Positions 19,147-31,904 of a stretch of 64,000 nucleotides of DNA are shown here, one piece after another. Numbering within the stretch: the stretch's first letter is position 1; the number at the start of each line of letters is the position of its first letter. A model generated the notes under the pieces. The model was given only the letters and a program-made list of their open reading frames with translations, did no database searches and was not told the DNA's origin. Source of the stretch: an uncultured delta proteobacterium (GTDB taxonomy: Bacteria; Desulfobacterota; WTBG01; CAIYCZ01; CAIRTM01). A program made the translations under genes and the position numbers. The stretch spans positions 1-64,000 of the forward strand of contig CAWDSQ010000032.1 in the NCBI GenBank assembly GCA_963804955.1. Reading direction: 5' to 3'.

Positions 19147-21355
19147 TTAAACCATCGGTTCCATCTCAAGCGCCGGGTGCTTCTTCTGCTTCAAGAAACG
19201 GAAGGATCTCTTCCTGTGTCATGCCGACGGTTTCATCGGCTATCCTGTCAGCAAGGTTTTCGACACCCAGTTCCTTGCCGCGCTCATTGATCTTGTCTGC
19301 AAGCTGCTCCTTCAGGTCTTTCGGCATCCAGACGAGCCGCTTGATCCCGCCTTCACCGTGGAGGAATTTTTTCGAGCCGATATAGTGCTTGCTGTGGCCG
19401 ACGAAGCCCGGCGTCACTGCGCCGCCGCCGACTGAGCCCGCCAGGGTCGTGAACTTCATGCCGCAGGGCGTGTTATCGCCCCTGAAGTCGCGGTCAACGG
19501 TCATAATGCCGTTGCATTGGTCAAGAAAAGCCGCAATGCACTCAAAGCAGCCGCACGACGTCATCGGGTTGGTCATGATGCTGTAGGCGCTGACATCGAC
19601 GACATTGCCGCGCGATGCTGTTTTAACAAAGTCGTTGACGCCCGTCCACCTGCCGAGAATCGAATCGAGCACGTCGCCTTTCTCAATGGGCTGGTTGGGG
19701 CCCGTAGGATTGATTTCATTGGCAGCCTTGCAGTCAAGCCAGTTATAAGCGCCGCACAGGCCGGTGCGCTCAGGAGTCACGACGCACACATGCGAAGGTG
19801 CAAATGACTGGCACAGCGTGCAGGAGTAGAACGTGGGCTCATCCTCGTCGGAAAGGCCGGCGATTCGCTCATCGCGCTTGATGAAGGTTGCGCGCGCTTC
19901 ATCAAGCAGCTGCTTCACCTTGTCGTCCTCGGTATAGATGGTAATCTGCACCTTGTCGACAATGCTGCCGAAATCCTTATGGTACATGGCGTGCAGAATT
20001 GAGCCGATATGCTTGAAGGTAAAACCCTTCTCAACAGCCTGTTTTGCCAGACGGATCCAGGAAATATCGCGCTGACCTATGTGCATAAGGCCCTGGGCAT
20101 AATTTATGAGGTGGTGAATCTGTCGCTCCAGAATGGGCAGAAAGTCTTCCTGCATCTTGCGGCCGGCCAGCTCTACGAAAATTGCTAACGGCAGTTTGGA
20201 GCCGGGTTTGATATCGGGTATATCGGGTCCGATGACCTCGATCTTGCCGTCTTCGATCTCGTTTATCTCCTTCAGCACCGATAACTCCACCATATTGGTC
20301 CTGCCGCCGCCGCACTCAAAGTAGATGTCATCGCCGCGAACGCGCTCGCCCTCAAATGCCGGGCCGTAGGCAACCGGGATGGGAACCTCTGTCACAGAAA
20401 CTTTGAGGCCCCGAACCTCTATGGCCTTGGAAACCATCTGGTCATAGGGCACGTTTGATACGACATGTTCATAGGTGCAGATGCCCGTGGGGAGAACTTC
20501 GGGTATGGGGGTGTCTGCTATGACGGGGAAGCCGAAATTTATGCAGCCTGCTGCATTGGCGTACCACTCGTCGTTGACAAACCCGCAGGCCAGAACAAAA
20601 GCGAAAATTCTGTCCTTGTTATAGATGAGATTTTTCCGGAAGTCGCCGGGCTTGACGCCGCCGAACGCCATGGCGGCGCGCGTTGCAAAGCCGAGGGCGA
20701 AAACCGCGGCAGATATGTCAGGGCCGAAGGAAACCAGGCGCGTGTTCCAGCCGATCTGCACGCCGGCATCAACAAGCTGCTGGGAAAAGCTCGTCCCGTT
20801 ATTGTGTGAGGCCATAAAGACATACAGATTCTTGAGCTGGAGCTCCTGGGCGATCTTGACGGCGGTCTCTTTGTCAGGCGCTGCTCCCAGCACGGCTGCA
20901 AATCCCGGGGCGCTGCCGTCCACAAACTCGACGCCGCGCTTGCGCAGTATGACGTCATTGGCAGCTCCCAGCCAGATATTGCTGTCGGTTACGTCTTCAT
21001 CAATAAGATAAAAATTCGGCTGTTCGAGATAGCGGATCGCCTCTTCAATTTCTTCGTAAAACAGGGTTGCCATGCCCGCGTCAAGGGCGGGAGCAAGATA
21101 CGGCAGGTGGTGCTTCTCCTTGACCAGCGGGGGCAGAAGCTTGCGCGCCTGCATGAAAACAAGCTGGCAATCCCCGAGGGTCTTGACCGGAATGCCAAGC
21201 ATCGAGTAGATGATCGGCAGGTAATAGGCCGTGTCGGAGAAACCGATGGCCTGATCAGGTCCGTACTTTTTCAGTGTTTCAGCATATTTTGTCTCTACCC
21301 TGTACGCTATCTTGTGCGCGCCCCGTATGGCCGCTGATGATATGATCTTTGACAC
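19147..21355 (-). CDS. acsB: acetyl-CoA synthase
   Basis: SCTLCQSFAPSHVC, LCGAYNWLDC, PMTSCGCFEC; last codons (HPALEMEPMV) in another frame. Confidence 0.96.
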
Positions 21356-21428
21356 GGTTTAAGCCTCCTGTGTAAAATTCGTTAATCGTTGAACGTAGTC
21401 ATTGCATGTCAGCACGGCAGTGCGCTGC

Positions 21429-23400
21429 TTACCCTGCATCAAGTTCACGCCGCATCTGCATATCCATAAGCACGCGGCTGCGGGCTTTGTCGATGCCGAG
21501 GGCCGCCCGCTTCTTGTCGATATGGGCGATCATCTTCTTGGCCATCTCCTCGGCAGTTCTTGGCAAAGTCCCACATGCCGCCCCATTTTTCTTCAAGCTC
21601 GCTGTAGAGATAGTCGGTCACGATCTTGCTGCCGGTAACGGGAAGATGCACGCCGCCAAAAAGGGTATACACGCCGGATGCCACAAAGTAGTGGCCGATG
21701 GCGACAGCCTTTTCACTCATCCATTCGGGGGCTGCGCCTGCCGCCGGCAGATCGGAGATATCATCGCCAAGTCCGCCTTCCTTGACGACTGCGGTTGCTG
21801 CTACCAGGATGCGGCTGTTGTCGACGCAGGAGCCCAGGTGCAGCACAGGCGGAATGCCGACGGTCTCGCATACCTCGGCAAGACCGGAACCGCAGTACTT
21901 CTTCGCAGCCTCGGGCAGCAGCAGGCCTTCCTTGCCGCAGGCCATGGCGACGCAGCCCGTTGTCAGAACGATGACGTCGTTTTTAATAAGCTCCTTTACC
22001 AGGGCAAGGTTAGATGCGTCACTTCCCGATCTCGGGTTGTTGCAGCCGACCACGCCCGCGATGCCGCGGATGCGGCCGCCGATGATGTTGTCGTTGAGCG
22101 GCTTATATGAGGAGCGGAACGTGCCGCCCAGCAGATAGTTGATGGTCTCATGGGAAAAGCCGACCACCATGTCTTGCTTCTGCTGGGGAATTCTGACCTT
22201 CTTTTTATCGCGGTTGGTGTAGTTATCGATGGCGGCGCGAACAATCGCTTTGGCCGTGTTGATGGCGTCATGCTCGTCGAAATGCATGTGCGTGGCGCCT
22301 TCGATCATGGCCTTGTCAGACGTGGTGATGACTTTGGTGTGAAACTTCTTGGATGTCTCGACGATGGCCTGCATGATGCACTGAACGTCGACAACCATTG
22401 CGTCAAGCGCGCCGGTCATAATTGCAAATTCCTGCTGCATGAAGTTGCCGGCAATAGGTATGCCGTGCCGCACGAGTATTTCATTGGCCGTGCAGCACAT
22501 GCCGGCCAGGGTTATTCCTTTTGCCCCTTTTGACTTGGCATAGCTGATCATTTCGGGATCCTGGCATGCCACGACCACCATCTCGGAAAGAAGCGGCTCA
22601 TGCCCGTGAACGACAATGTTCACTTCATCTTCTTTGAGCACGCCGAGATTGATTGAGCCGGTGATCGGAACAGGAGTCCCGAACATGATGTCCTGAAGCT
22701 CCGTTGCGATCATGGCCCCGCCCCAGCCGTCGCTGAGAGCGGCGCGGGCAGCCTGGGTAATGATGTTCTTGTAGTCCTGGTCAACGCCCATATGCGTGCG
22801 GTGCATAAGTTCGACAATTTCGCGGTCGATGCCGCGGGGCATCATATTGTTCTTGCGCCACAATTCCTGGCGTTTCAGCGGCGCCCGTTTCGTCATGACG
22901 AGCTCGCCTTCCTGCTTGCCGAACTCGGCGCAGCACAGCTCGCCGACTTTAATCGCCAGATCCTGTATTTCCATGTTTTCAACATCAAGGCCGAAGTCAA
23001 GGCCCAGCTGCAAAAGCTTCTGAACATCCTTCACCCCGTAGCCGGGTATCTCTCCCTTTGCCGCAAGCAGAAAAACTTCCGCCACACCGCGGCCATGGTC
23101 CGAGTGGGCGGCAGATCCGGCGGCAACCATGCGGGCAAAGTTGCGAGCAGCAATGGTTTCGGCTGTTGCGCCGCAGAGGCCAACCTTCTGGGGCTCGCCT
23201 TCCTTTTTGGGCGCACGCACCCTGCACGGGCCCATGGCGCAGTGCTTGCAGCAGCTGCCCTCGGCGCCGATCGGGCAGGGCTTCATGTCGGCAGCCCTGT
23301 CAAATATTGTGGTCATCCCTTCCTTGCATGCCTGGTCGCACATCTGTTGTGTGACTTCACATCCGAGAACCTGCTTCGTACTATCATCAGTCTTTGCCAT
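21429..23400 (-). CDS. cooS: anaerobic Ni-CO dehydrogenase catalytic subunit (AcsA)
   Basis: CCKHCAMGPC, HSDH, HGHEP, MCCTANE, GCNNP, GSCVDNSR, WMSEKA; indel near 21560. Confidence 0.96.
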
Positions 23401-23454
23401 TATACTATAACCTCCAATTAATAGGATATTTAACACCAGTTGCAACGCGCAAGC

Positions 23455-24968
23455 TCAGGCCGGCTTTTTACGTTTCTCGCTGCCGTAGCCTTCGCCGTAC
23501 CAGTAGTGCAGGCTTGTCTTTACCTGCTGCAGCATTGCCTCACGATTATCGGTTTTTGTGCGCCAGTCATCCTTGCCGTGTGCCTGGCCCGGATCGAAGT
23601 TGTCGCTGAATAAGCTTTACCTTTTTGCCGGCGGCATTTTTCATCTCTCCAAGCTTATATTCATAGTTGCCGACAACATCTTCCAGGGGCTCCCAGCTTG
23701 AAGCCGGCTTGAACTCAACAACCTTTTTGGGCTGTTTCGCTTGCGCCGGCGCAGCACCTGCGACGGTGCTCTCCTGCGCAGCCTCTGCCGGAGCAGCATG
23801 GCCTGCTGACAACAGGATTCCGTCTCCGGCTTCAGCAGACGAAACAGCTTTAATGAGAGCAATTGCGTAGCCGGGCGCCAATCCCGCGGGCATGTCCATT
23901 ATTTTGACGATCTCACAGAGAGCGCCTTCTTTCAGCGAGTCGGCAACATGTGATGCTGCAGCCTCGGCAGCACTCGCTGCAACTTTTTTCGCGGCCGGGG
24001 CGGCCTTGCGAATCTCTTTAGGCAGTTCAAACCCGCCAAGCTCGGCAATATAGGCGCGAACCTGCTTTATTGCTTCAGGATGACGCATGACAAGCAGGTT
24101 TGCTCCCGCGCTCAAAAGGGTCGTCGCCGTCAGGGCCTCCATGAGAATGCCCCTCTTTCGGGCATCGCCCATTTGTTCATCAGAGGCCATCTTAGCTTCC
24201 TTGGTCTTCCAGACTTCATCGGCAAGATTGGAGATGAAGGGGCATTGCAGTTTCGTATCATCCTGCGTGATTGCTGCCTGCCGTATCCGCTCCATGACGG
24301 AAAAAGTGTATTCAAGGCCATAGCCCAAGTCCGCCCGTTGTCGGGTCGATGATGATTTTCTCAAGCGGCACGCCGAGATTGTTGAGCAGAATATTGAGCT
24401 GTTTTGCAAGATTGATATCAATAGGGCTGTTGGCAACAACCGTTAAATTGTAGGCCAGGGCTTTGGCGCCCAGTTGCTTATAATTGCCCTCGCTTACGGG
24501 CCCTATTATAATATCTTTGCCGGCGCAGGCCTCGGCTACTTTTCCAAGCACTTCGGAATCCTTTTCGGAATTATTCGTCCCCCAGATGATCAGCGGAACG
24601 CTGATTGCATCTGCAACGGCTTTGGCTGTCTGCACCGCTTCATCGGCTGTTCGATTCAGGCCGTTGGGATCGGTGCTCTTGAGCCAGAGCTGGACAAAGT
24701 CGGCGCCATATTCATCCTGTGCCTTTTTCGCCCAGGCAACGGGGTCTGCAAGCACATCTTTATAGGGCTCAGTACAGGATTCCGCCCAGTCATCAGGCAC
24801 ACAATCCAGTACCTGTATGCCGATGCGCGGGGCATACGGCATTTTGCTGTCAAAGTTATAGAACGGGTACGCAGTGTCGCCACCTATGGTAAACGCACTG
24901 TCATGAGAGCCAATGGTTATGGGCCGCACGCTGCCCTTGTATTCCTGCTTCGGTACCTGGACTGCCAT
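23455..24968 (-). CDS. acsD: corrinoid Fe-S protein small subunit with long C-terminal extension
   Basis: SPIDINLAKQLNI, IDPTTGGLGYGLEY..SVMERIR, MRHPE; indels near 24330 and 23610. Confidence 0.9.
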
Positions 24969-25032
24969 ATGCATAACCTCCCTGTTAATAAATTAATAAT
25001 AAAAATACTACTTTCAGCCTTTATGAGAATTT

Positions 25033-25794
25033 TCAATTCACAAACAGTTTGTCCGCTATAGCGTTGACTGCGGCAACCGCTGGGGCTGATTCGGGAAGAT
25101 CAACCAGCGGTCTTTTTTCGATATCATATGCCGGCACCGTGGCGTCCTCCGGCACGAAACCAAGCACACTCAATCCTGTTTTTTCAACCTCCGCCATAAA
25201 CTGCGACGATATTTTCTGCGGCGCATCGTTTACTATAAGCACCGTTTTTCCGATGGCCAGTTTCATTTCATCGGCAAGGTCCCTGATTCTTACAGATGCG
25301 CGAAGGCCGTTCAGTGAATAGTCGGAAACGATAATCAAAAAATCAATATCCTGAGCTGTCCGTCTGCTCAAATGTTCAAGCCCTGCCTCATTATCAATAA
25401 TCACATACGGATAGTTCTTTCCGAGAACTTCAAGGTGCTTGCGCAGCACATTGTTAATGAAACAGTAGCAGCCCGCCCCCTCGGGCCGGCCCATGACAAC
25501 CAGATCCACATCCTTTGTTTCAACCACAGACTGATTCAGCTTCAGTTCAAGAAATGCCTCTTTCGGCATCCCTGCCGGAACGTCTCCTTTGCTGTCAAAA
25601 AAGTCCTGCCGGGTTCTGCCGATGGTGCTGAGCGTCTTCTGATCCGTCATGCCAAGAGCATAGGGGAGATTTGAGTCCGGGTCGGCATCGACGGCCAGCA
25701 CGGGTGTCCTGCCATTTTTTTTTAAATACCGTATGAGAAGACCTGCAACCGTTGTCTTTCCCGTACCGCCTTTGCCTGTAATTGCAATTACCAT
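25033..25794 (-). CDS. cooC: second CooC/AcsF ATPase
   Basis: GKGGTGKTT, DADPDSNL, GRPEGAGCYC, DNEAGLEHLSR. Confidence 0.9.
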   Translation of the reverse strand: MVIAITGKGGTGKTTVAGLLIRYLKKNGRTPVLAVDADPDSNLPYALGMTDQKTLSTIGRTRQDFFDSKGDVPAGMPKEAFLELKLNQSVVETKDVDLVVMGRPEGAGCYCFINNVLRKHLEVLGKNYPYVIIDNEAGLEHLSRRTAQDIDFLIIVSDYSLNGLRASVRIRDLADEMKLAIGKTVLIVNDAPQKISSQFMAEVEKTGLSVLGFVPEDATVPAYDIEKRPLVDLPESAPAVAAVNAIADKLFVN

Positions 25795-27787
25795 GCTCAC
25801 TGAAGCCTCTGCTGAGTGTGTATGTTTTTTCAGTTCCGAAATCTGTTCCATAACGGAGGGAAAAAGGCTTCCGTCCGTATGCGGCAGAAACATCCCGGCC
25901 ATATACTTGTCCATGAATGAGCTGTCTTCGCTCAGTTCAATGTTGGTCATTTTCTTTGCAATGCGCTCGCAGTCATCCAGAAGCTCGCTGGAAAGCAAGA
26001 TGAGCTGAGCATCCAAGCAGCGAACCGTTGCCGATAAACACGTACTTCTCGTCGGCTATTTCAGGCAGCAGCCCGATGGCTATCGCCTCATCAAGATCGA
26101 TAAAATCGCCAAATGCGCCGGCAATAATAACCCGATCGAGCTGGCTGAACGTAAGGCCAACCTTATCAAGAAGGCACTGATACCCGGCAAACATTGCAGC
26201 CTTTGCCCTGATAAGATTGTCGATACAGGACTCGGTGAGCACAATATCTTCCTGGCCATCTGTTTCTTCCTTATATGCCAGAACATATTCCATGCCGTCA
26301 GTGCCGGGCCGTATGCGGCTGGTCGGCAGGGAATTATATTTGCCGTTCTGCGCAATGATGCCCTTTTTCATGAATTCCGCCAGGATATTGATGGCGCCGG
26401 AACCGCAGATACCGCTGGGCTTTGCTTTTCCGATTGTTATTATGGACAGGGGTTCAAAATTTTCAGGGCTTACGCGGTACCGCTCGATAGCGCCTGTTGT
26501 TGCACGCATGCCGAACCTGAGCCCTCCTCCCTCGAAAGCCGGGCCGGCCGAGCATGATGCTGTCATAAGCCAGTCAGCATTGCCCACGACAATCTCGCCG
26601 TTTGTACCGATATCGATATAGAGAGTAAGCTCGCTGCGCTGATACATCCCCGAGCTGAGCACGCCGGAAACGATATCACCGCCGACATAGCTTGAAACCG
26701 AGGGAAAGGTATACAGTTCCACATAATCGGCAACTGCAAGCCCGATTCGCACTGCGCGGACAGGGGGGATAAAATTTGCAACCGGCGTATAGGGGGCTTC
26801 ACGGATATATTTCGGATCGAGCCCCATGAGCAGATGCGTCATTGTCGTATTGCCGGCGGCGGTAACAAGTGCAACCTGCTGCCGGTCAACCCCGGTCTTT
26901 TCGAGCAGCTCAGAGATGATTCTGTTGAGCCCGGCAACGACGACTTCCTGGAGCTGCTTTAAGCCATCGCCTTTCTGGGAATTGACGATTCTGGTTATCA
27001 CATCGTCACCGAACTGGATCTGAGGGTTATATTCAGAAGCAACTGCAAGAGGGCGTTTGGCGTTCAGATCGATAAGCCTGCCCCAGAGCGTTGTAGTACC
27101 AATGTCGAACGCAATCGCGTACTGGCAGCCGGTTGTATCACCCGGTTCGACTGTAACCAGCTGAGGCCTGCGGGAGCCGCGGATCTGATGTTCGCCAAGC
27201 TGAGACTCCATGCGTATTTGAGCAATGGTAACCGTGACAAACCAGTTTGCTTCACGAATTATTTTTGAAAGCCGTTTCAGAAGAAAAAAATCAACCGAAA
27301 TATTTTCAAGGCCGTGCTGCATTTTAAGAGCCCGCAGAAGTCTCGAAAGATCACTGGTATTATCTTCTATGGTGGGGGGATCTATCTGAACTTTGTACTT
27401 TTGATGTGCCGGGTTGTACCAGGCGCCGCTCACCAGAGCTTCTATCTCCTGGGTCACCGCATGCCTGGTTGCATGCCTTTCTCCCTGCATTACTGATGTA
27501 TCCAGCGCAGACGCCTCAGGGATATGAACTTCCAGATCGCTCAGGACAAAAGACTGGCATGCCTGACGGTATCCCCTGGCATGATCCTCTGAGGAAATCT
27601 TACTGCAATCGCGGCAATCAACCTGCCCGGATTTGATTATGACCCGGCATTTTCCGCATGCTCCTTCACCACCGCAGGGTGCATTAATATGCACGCCTGC
27701 ATCAGCCGCAAGCTGCAGCAGATTTGCTCCAGCCCGTGCTTGCAACTGTACATCGGCTGGCAAAAAACGAATGGTATATAACTTCAC
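25795..27787 (-). CDS. acsV: corrinoid reductive activator (RACo/ASKHA with N-terminal 2Fe-2S)
   Basis: CGGEGACGKC, DIGTTT, GNTTM, DIGTNGE, SAGPAFEG, GICGSG, AGAFG; indel near 26015. Confidence 0.92.
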
Positions 27788-27821
27788 GTAAAATCTAGCC
27801 GAAAATCTTTTTTGGGTTTAT

Positions 27822-27885
27822 TTGTTCAAAAAATTAATTGTTCAAAAATACAATTAATAATTGCATCTTTAGCACAATTTGTCAA
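27822..27885 (-). promoter_or_regulatory. acs operon promoter region with 11-bp direct repeat
   Basis: TTGACA on minus strand at 27880-27885; TTGTTCAAAAA at 27822-27832 and 27838-27848. Confidence 0.45.
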
Positions 27886-27982
27886 ATGCTTAAAAGCAGA
27901 AATTAAAATGATAAGTAATTACAGATAAATAGAAATTTTAACGACAGGCGATTCTAGTGTTTAACTAGATTCATATCATAAG

Positions 27983-29059
27983 TCAGCCACAGCAAGAAAC
28001 AATTGCATAGCCACAAAGCTTGTATAAGAGCCTCGCGCCGACAATGCCGTCCCATGGATCATCACCGGCATTACCGGCAACCTCAACCAGATCAAATCCT
28101 ATAATTTTGCGGCCGGATTCCGCTATTTTCTTGAGCAGAAACACAGTCTCGGGAAAGGACAGTCCGCCGGGCACCGGCGTGCCTGTATGCGGGCAAAGCG
28201 ATGGGTCAAGGCCGTCAATATCAAAACTTATATAGACAAGTTCAGGCAGGCTATCGATTATATCCTGGCAGAGGTTCTGCCAGGTTGTTCCGCAAAACAA
28301 GGCGCTTTTCAGGGCCGCATCCGAATACAGCTTGACCCTTCCGTTCGATCCGGCGATGACGTCCGCCTCTTCTTTGCAGAAATCCCGCACCCCGACCTGA
28401 ACGATACGCTCAACCTGGGGGAGATCAAGAACGTTGCGCATGATCGAGGCATGGGAATAAACAAAGCCCTCATACGCTGTCCTGAGATCAGCATGCGCAT
28501 CTATATGCAGTATGCCGAATGACTTAAAAAGCCGGGCATAGGCCCTGAGCGCGCCAAGCGGAACGCTGTGGTCCCCGCCGGCAATACCAACAATTTTCCC
28601 GCGCTGCAGATATCCCAGGGTAGCTGACTCGATCCGGTCGTAGAGTTTCCGGAACTGGCGCTCAATCCCGGCATACTCCTGGGAAAACCGCAGCGGACTT
28701 TCACCGCGGGCAAGCCCATCTATAATATCTGCTGCTTTTTTACGCAGGTCATGTCCGGTTGCGCATATGTCGGCCGGATGCGGAGGCATATAGAGGCCAT
28801 ACTTCCAGATATCCCCCATATCTTCATCGTAAAGGTCAACCTGCAGGGAGGCGCTGCGCAGCATTTCCGGCCCATTGGCAGTGCCGGTCCTGTAAGAAAC
28901 CGTAACCTCCCAGGGTACAGGAAGAACCACAAGAGAGGCGTCTTCCCCGGTGCAGGGGAGTGCAAAGATATTGCCGTTGTCGACGGCCACATTGCCGGGG
29001 TCAAAATCGCCGAAATCATTTTTAAGTTGTGGTGCTAGCAGTGCCATAGATGCATGCAA
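27983..29059 (-). CDS. agmatinase / ureohydrolase family
   Basis: GGDHS, DAHADLR, SFDIDGLDP..PHTGTP.PGGL; start codon uncertain. Confidence 0.9.
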   Translation of the reverse strand: MHASMALLAPQLKNDFGDFDPGNVAVDNGNIFALPCTGEDASLVVLPVPWEVTVSYRTGTANGPEMLRSASLQVDLYDEDMGDIWKYGLYMPPHPADICATGHDLRKKAADIIDGLARGESPLRFSQEYAGIERQFRKLYDRIESATLGYLQRGKIVGIAGGDHSVPLGALRAYARLFKSFGILHIDAHADLRTAYEGFVYSHASIMRNVLDLPQVERIVQVGVRDFCKEEADVIAGSNGRVKLYSDAALKSALFCGTTWQNLCQDIIDSLPELVYISFDIDGLDPSLCPHTGTPVPGGLSFPETVFLLKKIAESGRKIIGFDLVEVAGNAGDDPWDGIVGARLLYKLCGYAIVSCCG

Positions 29060-29085
29060 TTTAATAAGAAAATAACATTACCTGT

Positions 29086-31590
29086 TCAAAGCCCCTGCCT
29101 TTTTCCAAGCTGACGGTCTATGGCAGACACGAGATCATCAAGTTTCAAGGGCTTTGCAACATAATCGTCAAGCCCGGCTGCAAGGAAGCGCTCTTTGTCA
29201 CCAGTCAAAGCATGGGCAGTCAGGGCAATAATCGGCAAGCGCTTACCGGTTAGCTTTTCGCGGTCGCGAATTACCTGCGTAGCTGCGACCCCATCCATCA
29301 CCGGCATTTGCACATCCATAAATACCAGGTCATAGGGTATTGTTTGCACTGCCTGAACAGCTTCACTGCCGTTTGCAACTACGTCCGCTTTGAACCCGAG
29401 CTTTTCAAGAATGCGGATGGCCAGCTTCTGATTAACGATATTATCTTCCGCCACAAGGATCCTGGTACGCCGCCGCATTTCTTCATTAATAAGATGCCGG
29501 GTTATGAATTGACCAGGAGTCCCCATATCCTTGAGCTGTCTGCTGCCAATAACCATGGCAAGACAATTCTGCAGCTGCGTGCTTTTTACCGGTTTGGTAA
29601 GATATGCGGCAAAACCGATCATGCGGGTATGTGTTGCCTCTCCTCTCATCCCGCGTGAAGACAGCAGGACCAGAAGTGTATCGTGTACCTGTTCATTGTT
29701 TTTGATAATTTCTCCGAGTAAATGCCCCTCCATATCAGGCAGCTCAGAATCGATTATGGCAATATCAAACGGCTCAGTGTCCTGAACTGCTTTCTTAAGC
29801 GCAGCAAGGGCGTCGCTGCCGCGTACAGATTCACTGCAGCTGCACCCCCAGGACATCAGCTGATCCCTTAATACAAGCCGGTCAATAGGGTTTTCGCAAA
29901 CCACAAGAACCCGCCGCCCGCGAATATCATCGACAGGGGCAGCAGTGGTTTTTCGTTCTGCAGGCTGTTTTTCCAGCACAACGGTAAACCAGAATGTAGA
30001 GCCCTGCCCTTCAACACTGTCAACACCTATTTCACCCCCCATGAGTTCAACCAGCCGTTTCGCAATTGAAAGGCCAAGCCCGGTACCCCCGAAACGCCTG
30101 GCCATTGTCCCGTCAACCTGGGAAAAAGACTGGAAAAGGCGGCTGCGCTGCTGCGCAGGTATGCCTATGCCGGTATCGCTGATTGAAAAACAGAGCGTTA
30201 CCTTTTTGACGTTCTTCTCTTGAACCTTCACCCGTAAAACAACGCCGCCGCTGCTGGTAAATTTTACGGCATTGCCAAGAAGATTTATCACTATCTGACG
30301 AATTCTTCCCGGATCACCGCGCAGCAATGGCGGTACCCGCGGATTTACAAAACGGGAAAGCACGAGACCTTTTCCCTTTACACTGTAAGCAAATGATTCC
30401 ATGACATCATCAATCATGGCATGCAGGTCAAAATCAAGAACTTCCAGGTCAAGCTTGCCGGACTCGATCCTGGAAAAATCAAGAATATCGTTAATGATGG
30501 CAAGCAATGCGTCGGCGCTGGACCTGACTGTGTCAAGGTATTCACGCTGCAGCTCCGTAAGCTGCGTATCCAGGAGCAAACCCGTCATGCCGATAACTGC
30601 ATTCATGGGCGTACGGATCTCATGGCTCATATTGGCAAGGAATTCACTTTTAGCCTGATTTGCATCATCCGCCCTGCGCGCCAGCATTCTTGTATCGTGC
30701 AAGGTTCGTTCCAGCTGCCTGTTTGCAGCCTCCAATGCTTCTTTAGCACAAATCAGCTCAGATTCAACCTGCTTGCGTTTCGTGCTGTCGCGCACAGTTC
30801 CGACTGAACCGGTGACATTGCCACGGGCATCATGAAGAAGAGAACTATTTACTTCGGTAAAAAATACAGTGCCGTCCTTGCGGCGCCATTGCGACTCATA
30901 ATCCTTAATTGATCCGGCATCGAAAGGCCGCTGAATACCCGGCCGCCGAGTATCAAAACCACAGGTTTGGGCAGACAATTGCGAAATGTGCATCCCCGGA
31001 AGATCCTCTTCGCTATACCCTGTCATTTCAGCGAGCTTTCGGTTAATACGGTGCACATAACCCCCGGCATCGGTTACATAGATGCCGTCACCAATGGTCT
31101 TGAAAATGTTGTCAAGAAAATCATCGGATTTTAAAAAGTCCTGATCGGCTGTCTCTCGAAAACGGATATCCCGAACACATGCACAAATTCCGCTCGGCGC
31201 AGCTGCATCACAGCTCACAACCAGTAAGGTTATCGAGGCACGGACAATCTCACCACTGCGCCGATTAATAAAAGATCCATACTGCAGAGTTTGCAAACCA
31301 GAGTCATGCAGCTTTTTGTTGAGCTGTGCAATGAACGCTTCACATGTATCAGCACACTCAAAATCAATGATATCGCGGACAGGACGCGGGATAAAGTCGA
31401 ACAGGGGGGCGCCGATTATTTCAGCATGACTGCTGTCTGCAATACGCAGGAAGCCCTGATTGACAAATGTAATCCGGCCGTTGGCCCCGGTCAGAATAAT
31501 ACCTTCATCACAGGCATTTAATATGTGCTGACATCCGATTAAGACATCAGATGGCACATGCGTCTCTGGCGACATGCAATTACCCTGCAA
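29086..31590 (-). CDS. cytoplasmic hybrid histidine kinase (PAS-PAS-HisKA-HATPase-REC-REC)
   Basis: [50 protein letters not shown]; no TM segments or HPt seen. Confidence 0.93.
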   Translation of the reverse strand: MQGNCMSPETHVPSDVLIGCQHILNACDEGIILTGANGRITFVNQGFLRIADSSHAEIIGAPLFDFIPRPVRDIIDFECADTCEAFIAQLNKKLHDSGLQTLQYGSFINRRSGEIVRASITLLVVSCDAAAPSGICACVRDIRFRETADQDFLKSDDFLDNIFKTIGDGIYVTDAGGYVHRINRKLAEMTGYSEEDLPGMHISQLSAQTCGFDTRRPGIQRPFDAGSIKDYESQWRRKDGTVFFTEVNSSLLHDARGNVTGSVGTVRDSTKRKQVESELICAKEALEAANRQLERTLHDTRMLARRADDANQAKSEFLANMSHEIRTPMNAVIGMTGLLLDTQLTELQREYLDTVRSSADALLAIINDILDFSRIESGKLDLEVLDFDLHAMIDDVMESFAYSVKGKGLVLSRFVNPRVPPLLRGDPGRIRQIVINLLGNAVKFTSSGGVVLRVKVQEKNVKKVTLCFSISDTGIGIPAQQRSRLFQSFSQVDGTMARRFGGTGLGLSIAKRLVELMGGEIGVDSVEGQGSTFWFTVVLEKQPAERKTTAAPVDDIRGRRVLVVCENPIDRLVLRDQLMSWGCSCSESVRGSDALAALKKAVQDTEPFDIAIIDSELPDMEGHLLGEIIKNNEQVHDTLLVLLSSRGMRGEATHTRMIGFAAYLTKPVKSTQLQNCLAMVIGSRQLKDMGTPGQFITRHLINEEMRRRTRILVAEDNIVNQKLAIRILEKLGFKADVVANGSEAVQAVQTIPYDLVFMDVQMPVMDGVAATQVIRDREKLTGKRLPIIALTAHALTGDKERFLAAGLDDYVAKPLKLDDLVSAIDRQLGKRQGL

Positions 31591-31904
31591 TTTTAACGCA
31601 TCATGCTCTTAAACCGGGCTCAGTCAGCATACAGCACACCGGTTCAGAGGGTTAAAAATATCTTAAAAACAACCTGTTTTAAGAGCTACACGTATACTCT
31701 TTTTAAAGGATCCTAACATACACGCGCAACTATCCTCAACAAATAAAAAGAGCCTGGCGAAGTACAAGGCTCACATGGTTTCTTATTTTTCAGGCCTGAT
31801 TTCTTTAACCGAACAGACAACCGGAACAGGGCACAATTGCCATTACCAGAATTATTATCAGGATATTCGTTTTAAAATGTCCTTATATAAACAATGCCTC
31901 GATA

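Noticed and set aside
16820..27787. Selenocysteine or programmed recoding in the acs operon
   Set aside because: Breaks are frame changes, not in-frame TGA at catalytic Cys positions; same pattern as the window-wide indel noise
31661..31684. TCTTAAAA(A)C-AACCT-GTTTTAAGA inverted repeat upstream of the hybrid kinase
   Set aside because: AT-rich and imperfect; plausible by chance
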